Shown here: one piece after another, positions 55,901-64,000 of the stretch | Layout: each line of letters starts with the position of its first letter | Position numbering within the stretch: the stretch's first letter is position 1 | Source: Candidatus Omnitrophota bacterium | GTDB lineage: Bacteria > Omnitrophota > Gorgyraeia > 2-01-FULL-45-10 | NCBI GenBank assembly: GCA_026387175.1 | Contig: JAPLME010000007.1 | Coordinates: 128,487-192,486, forward strand | Direction of reading: 5' to 3' | DNA length: 64,000 nucleotides | Program-made: the position numbers and the translations under genes | Notes under the pieces: generated by a model | Database searches by the model: none | Seen by the model: the letters and a program-made list of their open reading frames with translations, nothing else | What the model was told of the DNA's origin: nothing

Positions 55901-58040
55901 TAGCATTAAAAACAAATATGCTCGGTTGAAGAGCGCCTATCTCGGGACGACCTTTTATGGCATTCACCATTTTCTTAAGCCCGTCGCTTTCAAGACGAGC
56001 ATCATTATTGAGAAAGAATACGTAATCGCTGCTTTGCTTTAAAGCGATCCGGGCCGCTTGATTATTTCCACCCGTGTAACCCAGGTTCACTCGGTTTGTA
56101 ACAAGTTTAATCCTGTCTTTCAATTTTTCAGCGCTTGATAATGGAAGACGACGAAGGAGGTTTTTAAAGTTACTATTGAAATGCTTCGAAAATTTATCAG
56201 GGGAATTGTTATCCACGAGGATTATGTCGAAATTATCATAGGTTGTATGGGATAAATTTTCAAGGGCTCTAAGCGTTTGATCCGCGGAGTTGCCGTAATG
56301 TAAAATAACTACGGAGACCTTTGGATTATCTTTCAGCTGCTCATGGGGTCTCGCATGGCTCAAAAACCATTCGAGGTCTTCTTGTAAATACCGCAGCGCA
56401 TCCGCATCTTCATTAAGGGGAGTCATTAGCTCTATTCTTTGTTTTATAATCCCTGCAGTTCTTGGATCATATTTTTCAAGTTTTTTAATTTTATCCAAGA
56501 TATTTGCAAAAATCGGATTCTCTGTCGCCAATTGTGCATCTTTAGATACGTTCTGTTGCGATAACCATTTTACTCGATGTATGATCTGTCTATTCAATCG
56601 GGGGCTTATAACTTTCGTTGAAAGCTTCGCTATATCAGCGTACGGGGTTATAACATTAGCTTTCGTAGGATCAAAATAGCGAACGGCCAACCCTTCGTTC
56701 GGAATTTCGATGATAATTTCATTGAGCAATACCTTTACGCTAGGGTTCTTTTTTTCTACCTCAGAGTAAAACATAGCGTTATTTAATGCCTCAACATGAA
56801 AATTATTGGTCAGCTTCCATTTAGAACCGCTTTTTCCCACTGATCCAGAACGTCGCACCACCTCCTCGACGATCTTTAATGCCCTATTAACATTGCCGCC
56901 CTCTTTACCCATTTCTCTTCTTGTTATTTCAAGAAAATCCCTGAAGAATATCGAAGCGTTCTGGCGGATAAGCTCCTTTATCTCAGGAATAAAATAACAT
57001 TCCGGATCGCAATTCTCCAACAGTTTGCCCAACATAAACTCCATTATGTCTGTCTGTTTTGCGCGACGTCTTTCTGTATGACTTAAAACAACCTTGACAC
57101 GGTTATTTATCTCATCATCCTCACTGCCTGTATCACTATACATTTTTGTGTCGAAATATTTTTCAGTGATTCCTGGTTCCTTCCTGTGATTTCGTCTATA
57201 GGTTCTTGTCGTCTCAACAAGCTTTTCCTGATCTATCAATTGATCATATGTATCGGCATCGCGAACTAATAACGCCTCGATGCTATCGGGTTTAGGAAGA
57301 TTTTCCTGACTCTCATTTATATAGCCTTTAGGATAATCTTTTACCCGATAATTCACTGGAGTGCCTCTGTGAGATCTTATGATATGCTTAACTCTGTCTA
57401 TGCGTGTTGCAGGCCAGTCCTTGTCATGCCAATCCTCTAAAATCTTACCAATAAATCCGGCGCCTTCCTCGTGATGCCCCAAACGTGTTTTAATGCCTGT
57501 GGAGCCAAGCCCTTTGATATCATGCGTAAAAGCCCCTATGGCAAGGGCTTCTCTATCTACTTCGAAATTATAATATTCTGCCCATTCAAAAGCTTTCTTA
57601 GTAACATCTATTGCATGGTTAAAACCATGCACGGGATCCGTATGAAAAACTATAAATTCATCGGTAGATAGCTTCGTTTCCAATTCTTCTATTATTCGTT
57701 CTAAAATTTTATATGGAACATTGGAATGAAGGAAGGTCGTTCTTATTGTTTCGATTTTCTGACGAGTTATGTCTTTTTTATCAGACATCTTATTTGGTAA
57801 TACTGCTACAGCGTCAGGATTCTTTTCCGTGTCTAACCTGGCTAATACATCTCTCAGATATGATTTATCATCGAGATTACCGTCATGTTCGATGTGTTTG
57901 CATATCGCGCCTACGGTGAAGGAGTATTTAAAGTCTTCACTGTTAAGTCGTAATTCGGGCGCCAGCTTATTATTTTGGTCTGCCAGGCAGAGAGAAGATA
58001 GAAAAGCTCCTATGAGAATAACTGCGAGGGCCTTCTTCAT
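52995..58040 (-). CDS. Giant (about 1680 aa) signal-anchored multidomain protein: HD - GT2 glycosyltransferase - HD
   Basis: HD1 (HGFNH...FTHDIKG...RDADTYD). GT2 (VSVVILHYGNS...DIILVDNNSPD...FFLNNDA). HD2 (ILHDIGYTEE...HHDTLG). About 450-aa C-terminal region of unknown function. Likely start MKKALAVILIGAF (signal/anchor); track start is 15 codons upstream (GTG). Confidence 0.7.
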   Translation of the reverse strand: MKKALAVILIGAFLSSLCLADQNNKLAPELRLNSEDFKYSFTVGAICKHIEHDGNLDDKSYLRDVLARLDTEKNPDAVAVLPNKMSDKKDITRQKIETIRTTFLHSNVPYKILERIIEELETKLSTDEFIVFHTDPVHGFNHAIDVTKKAFEWAEYYNFEVDREALAIGAFTHDIKGLGSTGIKTRLGHHEEGAGFIGKILEDWHDKDWPATRIDRVKHIIRSHRGTPVNYRVKDYPKGYINESQENLPKPDSIEALLVRDADTYDQLIDQEKLVETTRTYRRNHRKEPGITEKYFDTKMYSDTGSEDDEINNRVKVVLSHTERRRAKQTDIMEFMLGKLLENCDPECYFIPEIKELIRQNASIFFRDFLEITRREMGKEGGNVNRALKIVEEVVRRSGSVGKSGSKWKLTNNFHVEALNNAMFYSEVEKKNPSVKVLLNEIIIEIPNEGLAVRYFDPTKANVITPYADIAKLSTKVISPRLNRQIIHRVKWLSQQNVSKDAQLATENPIFANILDKIKKLEKYDPRTAGIIKQRIELMTPLNEDADALRYLQEDLEWFLSHARPHEQLKDNPKVSVVILHYGNSADQTLRALENLSHTTYDNFDIILVDNNSPDKFSKHFNSNFKNLLRRLPLSSAEKLKDRIKLVTNRVNLGYTGGNNQAARIALKQSSDYVFFLNNDARLESDGLKKMVNAIKGRPEIGALQPSIFVFNANEKVPIDGDLLPEQRQRAEEYTSKFIKTLLEGSGESLVKAAPNLYYKEPTMMGTAQLVRADMFRLIGGFDTRLFMFSDENDIGYRYWLSGLKKAMISDVFLSHPKFESSDNFRSQFLIWRNHMFIAQQYYNRDSKGKEIVVSKSPYNFFNPFKDDVLKELNKQIKKSDLDFIAIYKGISDGILCNLSPTFENSRFDETALIQNYAEKFKKMKSALGIFRVVFNETDPYRVRLMIYSLHQNRNIIKPSVPLDEKLKEAVIRILLEHVDQWKKWVEEGRRHPDNIKEIRKSLIEQITMAISPQARPSADGAFKNDASRKIQLDLLVKYIKDNKAISVSGLREHIAKVFPEIDYSQGPVPYKLEHVLMVIQCLNRLINKDFDYFYATLCDRTKGKKFELADKESRIEYAGGIKKLYGFYSMLADGQKDALIMAVILHDIGYTEENVSDADHPIRGAKLALQALKDEVASENIIDEVGRIITHHDTLGNIIRGKKVPRLLKGFPDEFLKILCIVNAMDMAGYGTGTDEGTRNNLVPSVLRDVLEFADREKIEQLDEEERYYEYRLRKLARKGYGAELFDDEFGRLKQEIEKILPEETRKSFYHNWNSRIEVRETSLFFGITKGNAGGYSYVPVAKLFKFIALAAENYFKQSSEADMFIVDTDVESIPKEQREDLFKSLVEKLERTEDIHGLPITIKGNHLIVRLLPPAAPLGNITNSSKEGRTVTAKDQSTYIDKNKIFIKDLLSDDKQNILVRVPIEAVESINTDNIKNFLTIFQKAPNGHVEFYYMSGTGEVSESIYQRYGLEKKPLPKDFKRTRENTITLFPALKGEELDQAAIRSRLGNLNVKTEDTILSPIGLQNDPAGLIRATILGLKMMDIAQEIKEKGIDITRDQAFKDKIQLEILEELKNVCDANDLKNFNLTSDDIIALATGDINKIIASLKKLIKLLPITPIDAEELRQIYEHAKAVITAA

Positions 58041-58216
58041 TAATTTGTGGAGATATTTATGTAATCCTAAAACAATCATATACACAAGTATAGCATATGA
58101 TTACGTTAAATCAATACAAAGTAAGATAACTTTTTTGAGTTTTAACTTGGGTGAATGTAAAAGCCGTATGGGACGTTTAAGCATCCCCTACGATTGTGGA
58201 TAACCATAGCGCTGCG

Positions 58217-58975
58217 CTACAATTCGCTTATAAGCCTAAGGCCGTTAAGGGTGAGGTCTTCGTCAACTATCTGGATGGATTTCGAGTAGCGCTTTATGAG
58301 TGAGGCATTACCGCCTGTAGCGATGATCCTGGTCCTCTTACCTAACATCTTTCTGTATTTTGCGGCTAAAGCGTCACACATAGCCCCGAGCCCGAACAAT
58401 ATGCCGCCGCGCATACTGTTTACTGTGTCACGACCGATGATGGATAAGGCAGGTTTTAATTTAATATTGGGCAAGAGCGCTGTCTTCTTATGCAAACTTG
58501 ACAGGGACATCTCGATGCCCGGAAATATCAAGCCGCCGAGATAATCCCCTCTTGTGGAGACTACATCGAATGTTATCGCAGTTCCGAAATCGATTATGAC
58601 TGCCGGCTTACCGTATAAAGTCTTCGCCGCAAACGCGTTTACCAGCCTGTCCTGGCCTACTTCGCTTTTGATTCTATAAAGATTCCTGATCGGCACAATC
58701 TTATCCCGGCCGATTACCGAAATATTACATTTCACAACCTTGTTAAGCGCCGCGATAAGCCTGGAAAGAGCGAGCGGCACAACGCTTGAAATAACGATAT
58801 TCAGCGCATCGCCGTGCTTAAGGCCGGCAAGATTACAAATACCGCTTAAGTGTCTTCCGTGGAGATAGTATGAGTTGGTGGGCACCTTAATCTTCCTTAC
58901 GAGCTTGGCGCCTTTAAAAAGGCCGACTGTGATATTCGTGTTACCTATGTCTGCTGCAAGCATAATATTATTCAT
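58217..58975 (-). CDS. coaX: Type III pantothenate kinase
   Basis: Start LAADIGNTNITVGLF. Acetate/sugar kinase fold. Confidence 0.85.
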   Translation of the reverse strand: MNNIMLAADIGNTNITVGLFKGAKLVRKIKVPTNSYYLHGRHLSGICNLAGLKHGDALNIVISSVVPLALSRLIAALNKVVKCNISVIGRDKIVPIRNLYRIKSEVGQDRLVNAFAAKTLYGKPAVIIDFGTAITFDVVSTRGDYLGGLIFPGIEMSLSSLHKKTALLPNIKLKPALSIIGRDTVNSMRGGILFGLGAMCDALAAKYRKMLGKRTRIIATGGNASLIKRYSKSIQIVDEDLTLNGLRLISEL

Positions 58976-59952
58976 CGCACCATCACCACGTCACCGGACG
59001 ATATCTTTTCGAGGACACCCGAATCGAGCCTCACCACAAGCGCGCCATCCGGGTCTATGTTATAGACATCGGCCTCAAACGTCCTATTAGGCAGGGCTAC
59101 CTTAACTCTTGAGCCCAGCATTACAGAGTACTCTTTCCACTCCTCTATTATAGAGCCGGATCCTTTTTTCTTCAAAGTATTATAATATTCTTCGAGCGTC
59201 TCCAGCATTTTCTTCGCAAGCTCAACCCTCGAAATATTTTCTCCATCCTTTATATGGTGCAATTCTTCTTTTAAGGAAGATGCCCCCTTCGGAAGGTCTT
59301 TAGCTTTTGTATTTACGTTTACGCCTATTCCAAGTATTATAAAATCGATCATATCCTGCTCGGCCTTCATTTCCGTGAGTATGCCGCAAACCTTTTTGCC
59401 GTTTATCAATATATCGTTAGGCCATTTTATCACCGCGTTGAGGCCAGTATAGCCTCTAATAGCTTTCGCCACGGCGACGGCCGCGACAAGGGTTATCTTC
59501 GGGATCTCATTCGGCGCCATATGCGGCCTTAACACGCATGACATGTAGATTCCGCATCCGGGCACAGACTGCCAGGTCCTTCCGTGCCTGCCCTTGCCTC
59601 TGGCCTGCTCGTCGGCAAATATAACCGCGCCTTCCGTCAGGCCGTGCTCGGCTAATTCATATGCGGATGTATTCGTAGAATCGACTTTTTTATACGATAT
59701 TATTTCTTTGCCTAAGTATCTTGTCTTGAGATTCAATTTTATTTCATCCGGCAATAGGGCATCCGGTATCCCGATCAGGCGGTATCCGAGATGAGGCAGA
59801 GCCTCTATCTCATACCCCTCTTCTCTAAGTTTTTCGATCCGCTTCCAAATGCCGGCTCTCGATATGCCGGCCATCTTACACAACTCTTCGCCGGATACAT
59901 ACGAACCGTCGCTATCTCTTAGTAGATCCAGCATCTTATTATCAGATTGCAT
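58972..59952 (-). CDS. birA: Bifunctional biotin--[acetyl-CoA-carboxylase] ligase / repressor
   Basis: N-terminal HTH. GRHGRTW biotin-binding motif. C-terminal SH3-like domain. Confidence 0.85.
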   Translation of the reverse strand: MQSDNKMLDLLRDSDGSYVSGEELCKMAGISRAGIWKRIEKLREEGYEIEALPHLGYRLIGIPDALLPDEIKLNLKTRYLGKEIISYKKVDSTNTSAYELAEHGLTEGAVIFADEQARGKGRHGRTWQSVPGCGIYMSCVLRPHMAPNEIPKITLVAAVAVAKAIRGYTGLNAVIKWPNDILINGKKVCGILTEMKAEQDMIDFIILGIGVNVNTKAKDLPKGASSLKEELHHIKDGENISRVELAKKMLETLEEYYNTLKKKGSGSIIEEWKEYSVMLGSRVKVALPNRTFEADVYNIDPDGALVVRLDSGVLEKISSGDVVMVR

Positions 59953-61915
59953 ATTTTTCTTTCAACTCTTTTATCTGGTCGCGAAGCGCCGCGGCCTTTT
60001 CGAATTGCAGATTTCTTGCGGCAAGCTCCATATCGCGCTGAAGTTCCGCTACCAGCGTGGTTACATCGTATTGATCCTCAGTCTCTTCTACAACTCCCGC
60101 GATTATCTCCCGTGCCTTCTTATACGATTCTATACCGTCCCTTATCGCTTTCTCTATCGAGCGCGGCTCAATATTATTCGCTTTATTAAATGCGATCTGT
60201 ATCTTGCGCCGTCTCACAGACTCGTCGATAGCTTTTTTCATCGACTTGGTTACGGTATCGGCATACATTATCACCTGCCCGTTGAGATGGCGGGCAGCGC
60301 GCCCGGCCACTTGTATGAGGCTGGTCTCGCTTCTCAGGAAACCCTCTTTATCGGCATCCAGGATGGCGACCAGTGACACCTCAGGCAGATCGAGCCCTTC
60401 CCTTAAGAGATTAATACCTACCAGGCAATCGAATTTATTAAGCCGTAAATCCCGCAATATCTCGGCCCGCTCTATGGCGCCTATCTCGGAATGAAGATAC
60501 TTCACTCTCAAATTAAATCCCGTGAGATATTCCGCAATATCTTCCGATAAGCGCTTGGTGATCGTCGTGACAAGGACCCTCTCTTTTCTCTCCGCCCTCG
60601 TCTTTATTTCATTAATAAGGTCGTCTATTTGGTTCTTTGTTGGCCTCACGTCTATCGGTGGGTCGATAAGGCCCGTGGGCCTGATTATCTGTTCTATTAT
60701 CCTGTTGCCGGACTTCTCCATCTCATAATCTGAAGGCGTAGCGGAAACAAATATCATTCCCGGTAAAATTTTTTCAAATTCGTCGAACCTTAAAGGCCTG
60801 TTGTCAAGCGCGGAGGGCAGCCTGAAACCGTATTCGACAAGAGTCTCTTTCCTGGCCCTGTCACCGTTATACATTCCCCGCACCTGCGGGATCGTGACGT
60901 GTGATTCATCGACAAATACCAGAAAATCCTTCGGGAAATAGTCTATAAGGCACCACGGCCGGGAGCCCGCCGGCCTTTCCGATAGATGCCGGGAATAATT
61001 CTCTATGCCGTTGCAATAACCTATCTCGCGCATCATTTCAATATCGTAATGTGTTCTGGACTCCAGCCTTTCGGCGGCCACAAGCTTATTCTGGGATTTA
61101 AGCTCGGCAAGCCTCTCCGCAAGCTCCTTCTCGATAGATTTTATCGATCTCTCTATTCTTTCGGGCGTCGTCACAAAATGCTTTGCCGGATAGATACCGA
61201 TCTTCTTTACGTTTGTTATGACGTTTCCGGTCAGGGGATCGATCTCGTATATCCGCTCTATCTTATCTCCGAATTGCTCCACCCTATATGCGGTACTGGT
61301 ATATGCCGGATATATTTCGACGGTATCACCCCTGACTCTGAACGTGGAACGCTTGAAGTCGTAATCATTACGTTCATAATGGATGGAGATAAGGCGCTTG
61401 AGCACCTCGTCCCTTGATATCTGATCGCCTTCGTTCAGGAAGACCAGCATCTCTCCATATTCCGCTGGCGAGCCGAGGCCGTATATACATGAGACGCTCG
61501 CCACGATCACTACATCCTCCCGTGACATCAAAGAGCTTGTGGCCGATAACCTGAGCCGGTCTATATCTTCGTTTATCGATGAGTCCTTCTCGATGTAAAT
61601 ATCCGAATGCGGAATGTAGGCTTCAGGCTGATAATAATCGTAATAGCTGACGAAATACTCTACGGCATTCTCCGGAAAGAATTCTTTGAACTCGCTGTAA
61701 AGCTGGGCGGCAAGCGTCTTATTATGCGAGATGACAAGCGCAGGCTTTCCCAATGCGGCGATCACATTGGCCATCGTGAATGTCTTGCCGGATCCCGTAA
61801 TACCTAGAAGGGTTTGGTACTTATGGGCTTTAAGAATGCCTTCGGTGAGTTTTTCTATGGCCTGCGGCTGATCGCCTGCGGGCTTAAACCCGGACACCAG
61901 TTTGAATTTTGCCAT
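59942..61915 (-). CDS. uvrB: Excinuclease ABC subunit B
   Basis: Walker [10 protein letters not shown]-terminal UVR motif ([12 protein letters not shown]). Confidence 0.95.
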   Translation of the reverse strand: MAKFKLVSGFKPAGDQPQAIEKLTEGILKAHKYQTLLGITGSGKTFTMANVIAALGKPALVISHNKTLAAQLYSEFKEFFPENAVEYFVSYYDYYQPEAYIPHSDIYIEKDSSINEDIDRLRLSATSSLMSREDVVIVASVSCIYGLGSPAEYGEMLVFLNEGDQISRDEVLKRLISIHYERNDYDFKRSTFRVRGDTVEIYPAYTSTAYRVEQFGDKIERIYEIDPLTGNVITNVKKIGIYPAKHFVTTPERIERSIKSIEKELAERLAELKSQNKLVAAERLESRTHYDIEMMREIGYCNGIENYSRHLSERPAGSRPWCLIDYFPKDFLVFVDESHVTIPQVRGMYNGDRARKETLVEYGFRLPSALDNRPLRFDEFEKILPGMIFVSATPSDYEMEKSGNRIIEQIIRPTGLIDPPIDVRPTKNQIDDLINEIKTRAERKERVLVTTITKRLSEDIAEYLTGFNLRVKYLHSEIGAIERAEILRDLRLNKFDCLVGINLLREGLDLPEVSLVAILDADKEGFLRSETSLIQVAGRAARHLNGQVIMYADTVTKSMKKAIDESVRRRKIQIAFNKANNIEPRSIEKAIRDGIESYKKAREIIAGVVEETEDQYDVTTLVAELQRDMELAARNLQFEKAAALRDQIKELKEKYAI

Positions 61916-61916
61916 A

Positions 61917-62789
61917 CTAGATAAGGTCGAGCGACATATCGATCGCCCTGACTGAATCGGTAAGTTCGCCTATGGAGATCATCTCAACGCCGGTCTTCGC
62001 GTATTCCTCGACCGTATCGAGCGTGATACCGCCGGAGACCTCGAGAAGCGGTTTTGTCTTCGAAAGCTTCCTTATCTCGACACATGCTTTTATCTCATTA
62101 ATACCCATATTGTCGAGCATGATGATATCGGGCCGCCCTCCAAGGGCATCGCTGAATTCTTTAAGCGTTGAAATTTCTATCTCTACCACGGTCCCTTTCC
62201 GGCTCTTCTTCCTCGCTTCTTCGACGATACTCTTGAGCGAGAATTCCCGCCCCGGAGACAGATTATTCTTACGGCAATATATATGATTGTCTTTTATAAG
62301 CACCTGGTCGTAAAGCCCCATCCTGTGATTGGCGCCGCCGCCTGTAAATACCGCGTATTTTTCAAGATATCTCAACAGCGGGATGGTCTTGCGCGTATCC
62401 ATTATCTTTACGTCGTAGGGTTTGACTTTATCCTGATACTGTCTGGTCCTGGTCGATATACCGCTCAAGAAAGTGAGAAAATTCAGCATCGTACGCTCAG
62501 CGCGCAATATAGATGCCGTCGCGCCTTCGATAAACGCTACATCCTTGCCTTTGCCTACGAAAGTTCCGTCCTTGCAATTAGGTTTGAAGCGAACACTGTA
62601 GTCGATCCCGGCCATTACCATCTCGGCTATCTCCAGGCCGCATACGACGCAGTCCTCCCTGGAAATAATTACAGCCTTAGAGATAGACAGCCTGTCAATT
62701 AACGGCTGAGTTGTTATATCACCCCTGCCTATATCTTCTTTAAGCGCGGCCTTTATTATCCGTAGCACCCTCGCCCTATCAAGCTGCAT
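61917..62789 (-). CDS. nadC: Nicotinate-nucleotide pyrophosphorylase (carboxylating)
   Basis: Full-length QPRTase fold. Confidence 0.85.
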   Translation of the reverse strand: MQLDRARVLRIIKAALKEDIGRGDITTQPLIDRLSISKAVIISREDCVVCGLEIAEMVMAGIDYSVRFKPNCKDGTFVGKGKDVAFIEGATASILRAERTMLNFLTFLSGISTRTRQYQDKVKPYDVKIMDTRKTIPLLRYLEKYAVFTGGGANHRMGLYDQVLIKDNHIYCRKNNLSPGREFSLKSIVEEARKKSRKGTVVEIEISTLKEFSDALGGRPDIIMLDNMGINEIKACVEIRKLSKTKPLLEVSGGITLDTVEEYAKTGVEMISIGELTDSVRAIDMSLDLI

Positions 62790-62792
62790 ATA

Positions 62793-63089
62793 TTATCGAG
62801 TATCCATACTGGAATCACTCTCAACAACGTCAGGAAAGCCGGTGTTCTCATCATAGCTCTCGCCCGGACCCATAGTACCCACCTGGGTAACAGGCTCTTC
62901 GGAACTGTCTCCTGTATCTATATGCTTAAGCCCTGTGCCGCTTTCCGTCTCTTCTGTTATCACGGCAGCCGCGGAAGCATTCTTAACCTTACCGTCTTCG
63001 GCCTCACAAATACCTGCGCACAATGTAATAGCCAACGCACCAGCCAGGACCGCGTATCTCATGCCGCCTCCTTTGCCTTTTTTAAACAC
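62793..63089 (-). CDS. Small secreted acidic protein
   Basis: Signal peptide (LAGALAITLCAG). Asp/Glu/Ser-rich mature part. Confidence 0.4.
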   Translation of the reverse strand: MFKKGKGGGMRYAVLAGALAITLCAGICEAEDGKVKNASAAAVITEETESGTGLKHIDTGDSSEEPVTQVGTMGPGESYDENTGFPDVVESDSSMDTR

Positions 63090-64000
63090 CTATCTCTTTT
63101 AAGTTATCCTTAATCTTCTTTATCTGAATCGCCAGATCCGTTTTTCGTTCTGTCTGCTTCTCGACTATCTCCTTCGGAGCCTTTGATGTGAAGTTCTTGT
63201 CCTTTAAGCGCTGGGTGAGGCCCTTCATCTCGCTCTCCATCCTTGAGTGCTCTTTAACGAGCCGCGCCTTCTCTTTTTCAAAATCGATCAGGCCCTCGAG
63301 AGGCAAATATACCTCCATACTCCCTATAACGCTCACCGCCGAGCTTTTCGGCTTGGAATGTTTTCCGATCCTTAAGCCCGATACCCGCGCAAGCTTCTTT
63401 ATAAGATCGATATTGTCGGATAATAGTTTCTCGTCTTTGGCATCGTGGGTGTTTATTATCGCGTTTACTTCTGTGCGGGGTTCTATATTCCATACCGACC
63501 GTATATTTCTTATCGAAGTGATCAGGTCTATAAGCTTTTGCATGGCATCTTCGTCAGGTCTGGATATCATCTGGCTCTGGACGTGCGGCCAGGGTTGTGT
63601 CATTATGGAATCTCCGGCAGCATCCTTTGATCTCGGAAGCTTCTGCCATATCTCTTCTGTGATAAAAGGCATAAATGGGTGCAGCATACGAAGCGATTTT
63701 TCAAGTATCTTGTACAGTATCACCTGTGAAGATTTTTCGTTTATAGTGGATTTGGCTATCTCTATATACCAATCGCAGAATTCGTGCCAAAGGAATTCAT
63801 ATATGGCGTTCGCCGCCTCATTGAACTTATATTCATCGAGGCACTTTGAAACGTAGCTTAATGTCGAATAGAAACGCGAAAGTATCCATCTCTCGGCCAG
63901 CGTAAGCTTCATGGTTTTGAAGGATGTGCATAAATCGACTTCTATCTCTTCGGCCTTCAGATTCATCATTATGAACCTTGAGGCGTTCCAGAGTTTATTA
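63082..64000 (-). CDS. valS: Valine--tRNA ligase, C-terminal portion (continues beyond window)
   Basis: Reading frame stays open to the window edge and spells NKLWNASRFIMMN (class-I anticodon-binding motif). Terminal coiled-coil arm. Confidence 0.85.
   Translation of the reverse strand, partial: NKLWNASRFIMMNLKAEEIEVDLCTSFKTMKLTLAERWILSRFYSTLSYVSKCLDEYKFNEAANAIYEFLWHEFCDWYIEIAKSTINEKSSQVILYKILEKSLRMLHPFMPFITEEIWQKLPRSKDAAGDSIMTQPWPHVQSQMISRPDEDAMQKLIDLITSIRNIRSVWNIEPRTEVNAIINTHDAKDEKLLSDNIDLIKKLARVSGLRIGKHSKPKSSAVSVIGSMEVYLPLEGLIDFEKEKARLVKEHSRMESEMKGLTQRLKDKNFTSKAPKEIVEKQTERKTDLAIQIKKIKDNLKEIGV

Noticed and set aside
175-64000. Numerous opposite-strand or internal ORFs from the six-frame track (e.g. 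175..369+, 6193..6801+, 13776..14234+, 28344..28745+, 29527..29844-, 36944..37138-, 43178..43372-, 59849..60376+)
   Set aside because: Each is fully embedded in or antisense to a longer ORF with clear homology-type motifs. They lack start-site signals and have low-complexity or odd composition.

Overview
Gene-dense bacterial chromosomal segment of about 64 kb, roughly 50% GC, probably from an uncultivated lineage. 71 of 74 CDS are on the minus strand and many adjacent genes overlap by 4-8 nt, which suggests translational coupling.

Recognisable housekeeping genes:
- aroB, aroQ, accB/accC, thiE/thiC, gmhA/rfaE domain II, pfkA
- glgP, dinB, coaX, birA, uvrB, nadC, the valS 3' end, rpsU
- one tRNA-Gly(CCC)

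Notable content:
- Most striking is a 55-56 nt element present in 6 copies, always in the same orientation and fused to the Shine-Dalgarno of minus-strand genes. It has a perfect 9-bp-stem hairpin (GCCGATATC-N3-GATATCGGC). One site carries a tandem pair. I could not match it to any motif class I know; it is a candidate novel cis-regulatory leader or RNA element.
- A dense c-di-GMP signalling repertoire: four single-domain PilZ paralogs, a GAF-HD-GYP protein, and a REC-GGDEF(GGDDF)-MshEN fusion.
- A 1696-aa signal-anchored protein with two HD domains and a GT2 glycosyltransferase domain, sitting in a clearly AT-richer segment (about 53.7-58.1 kb).
- A dGTPase / HIT / divergent ThyA-family / metallophosphoesterase / archaeal-type ATPase cluster.
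- A UvrD-family helicase fused to a Cas4/AddB-like Fe-S nuclease.
- A roughly 260-nt structured non-coding gap (12.30-12.56 kb).
- Several well-formed sigma70-like promoters, including a leaderless plsC start.

No CRISPR array, transposase or integrase was seen. CDS coordinates follow the ORF track except where I give reasons for a different start. Coordinates I counted by hand for small elements may be off by 1-2 nt.
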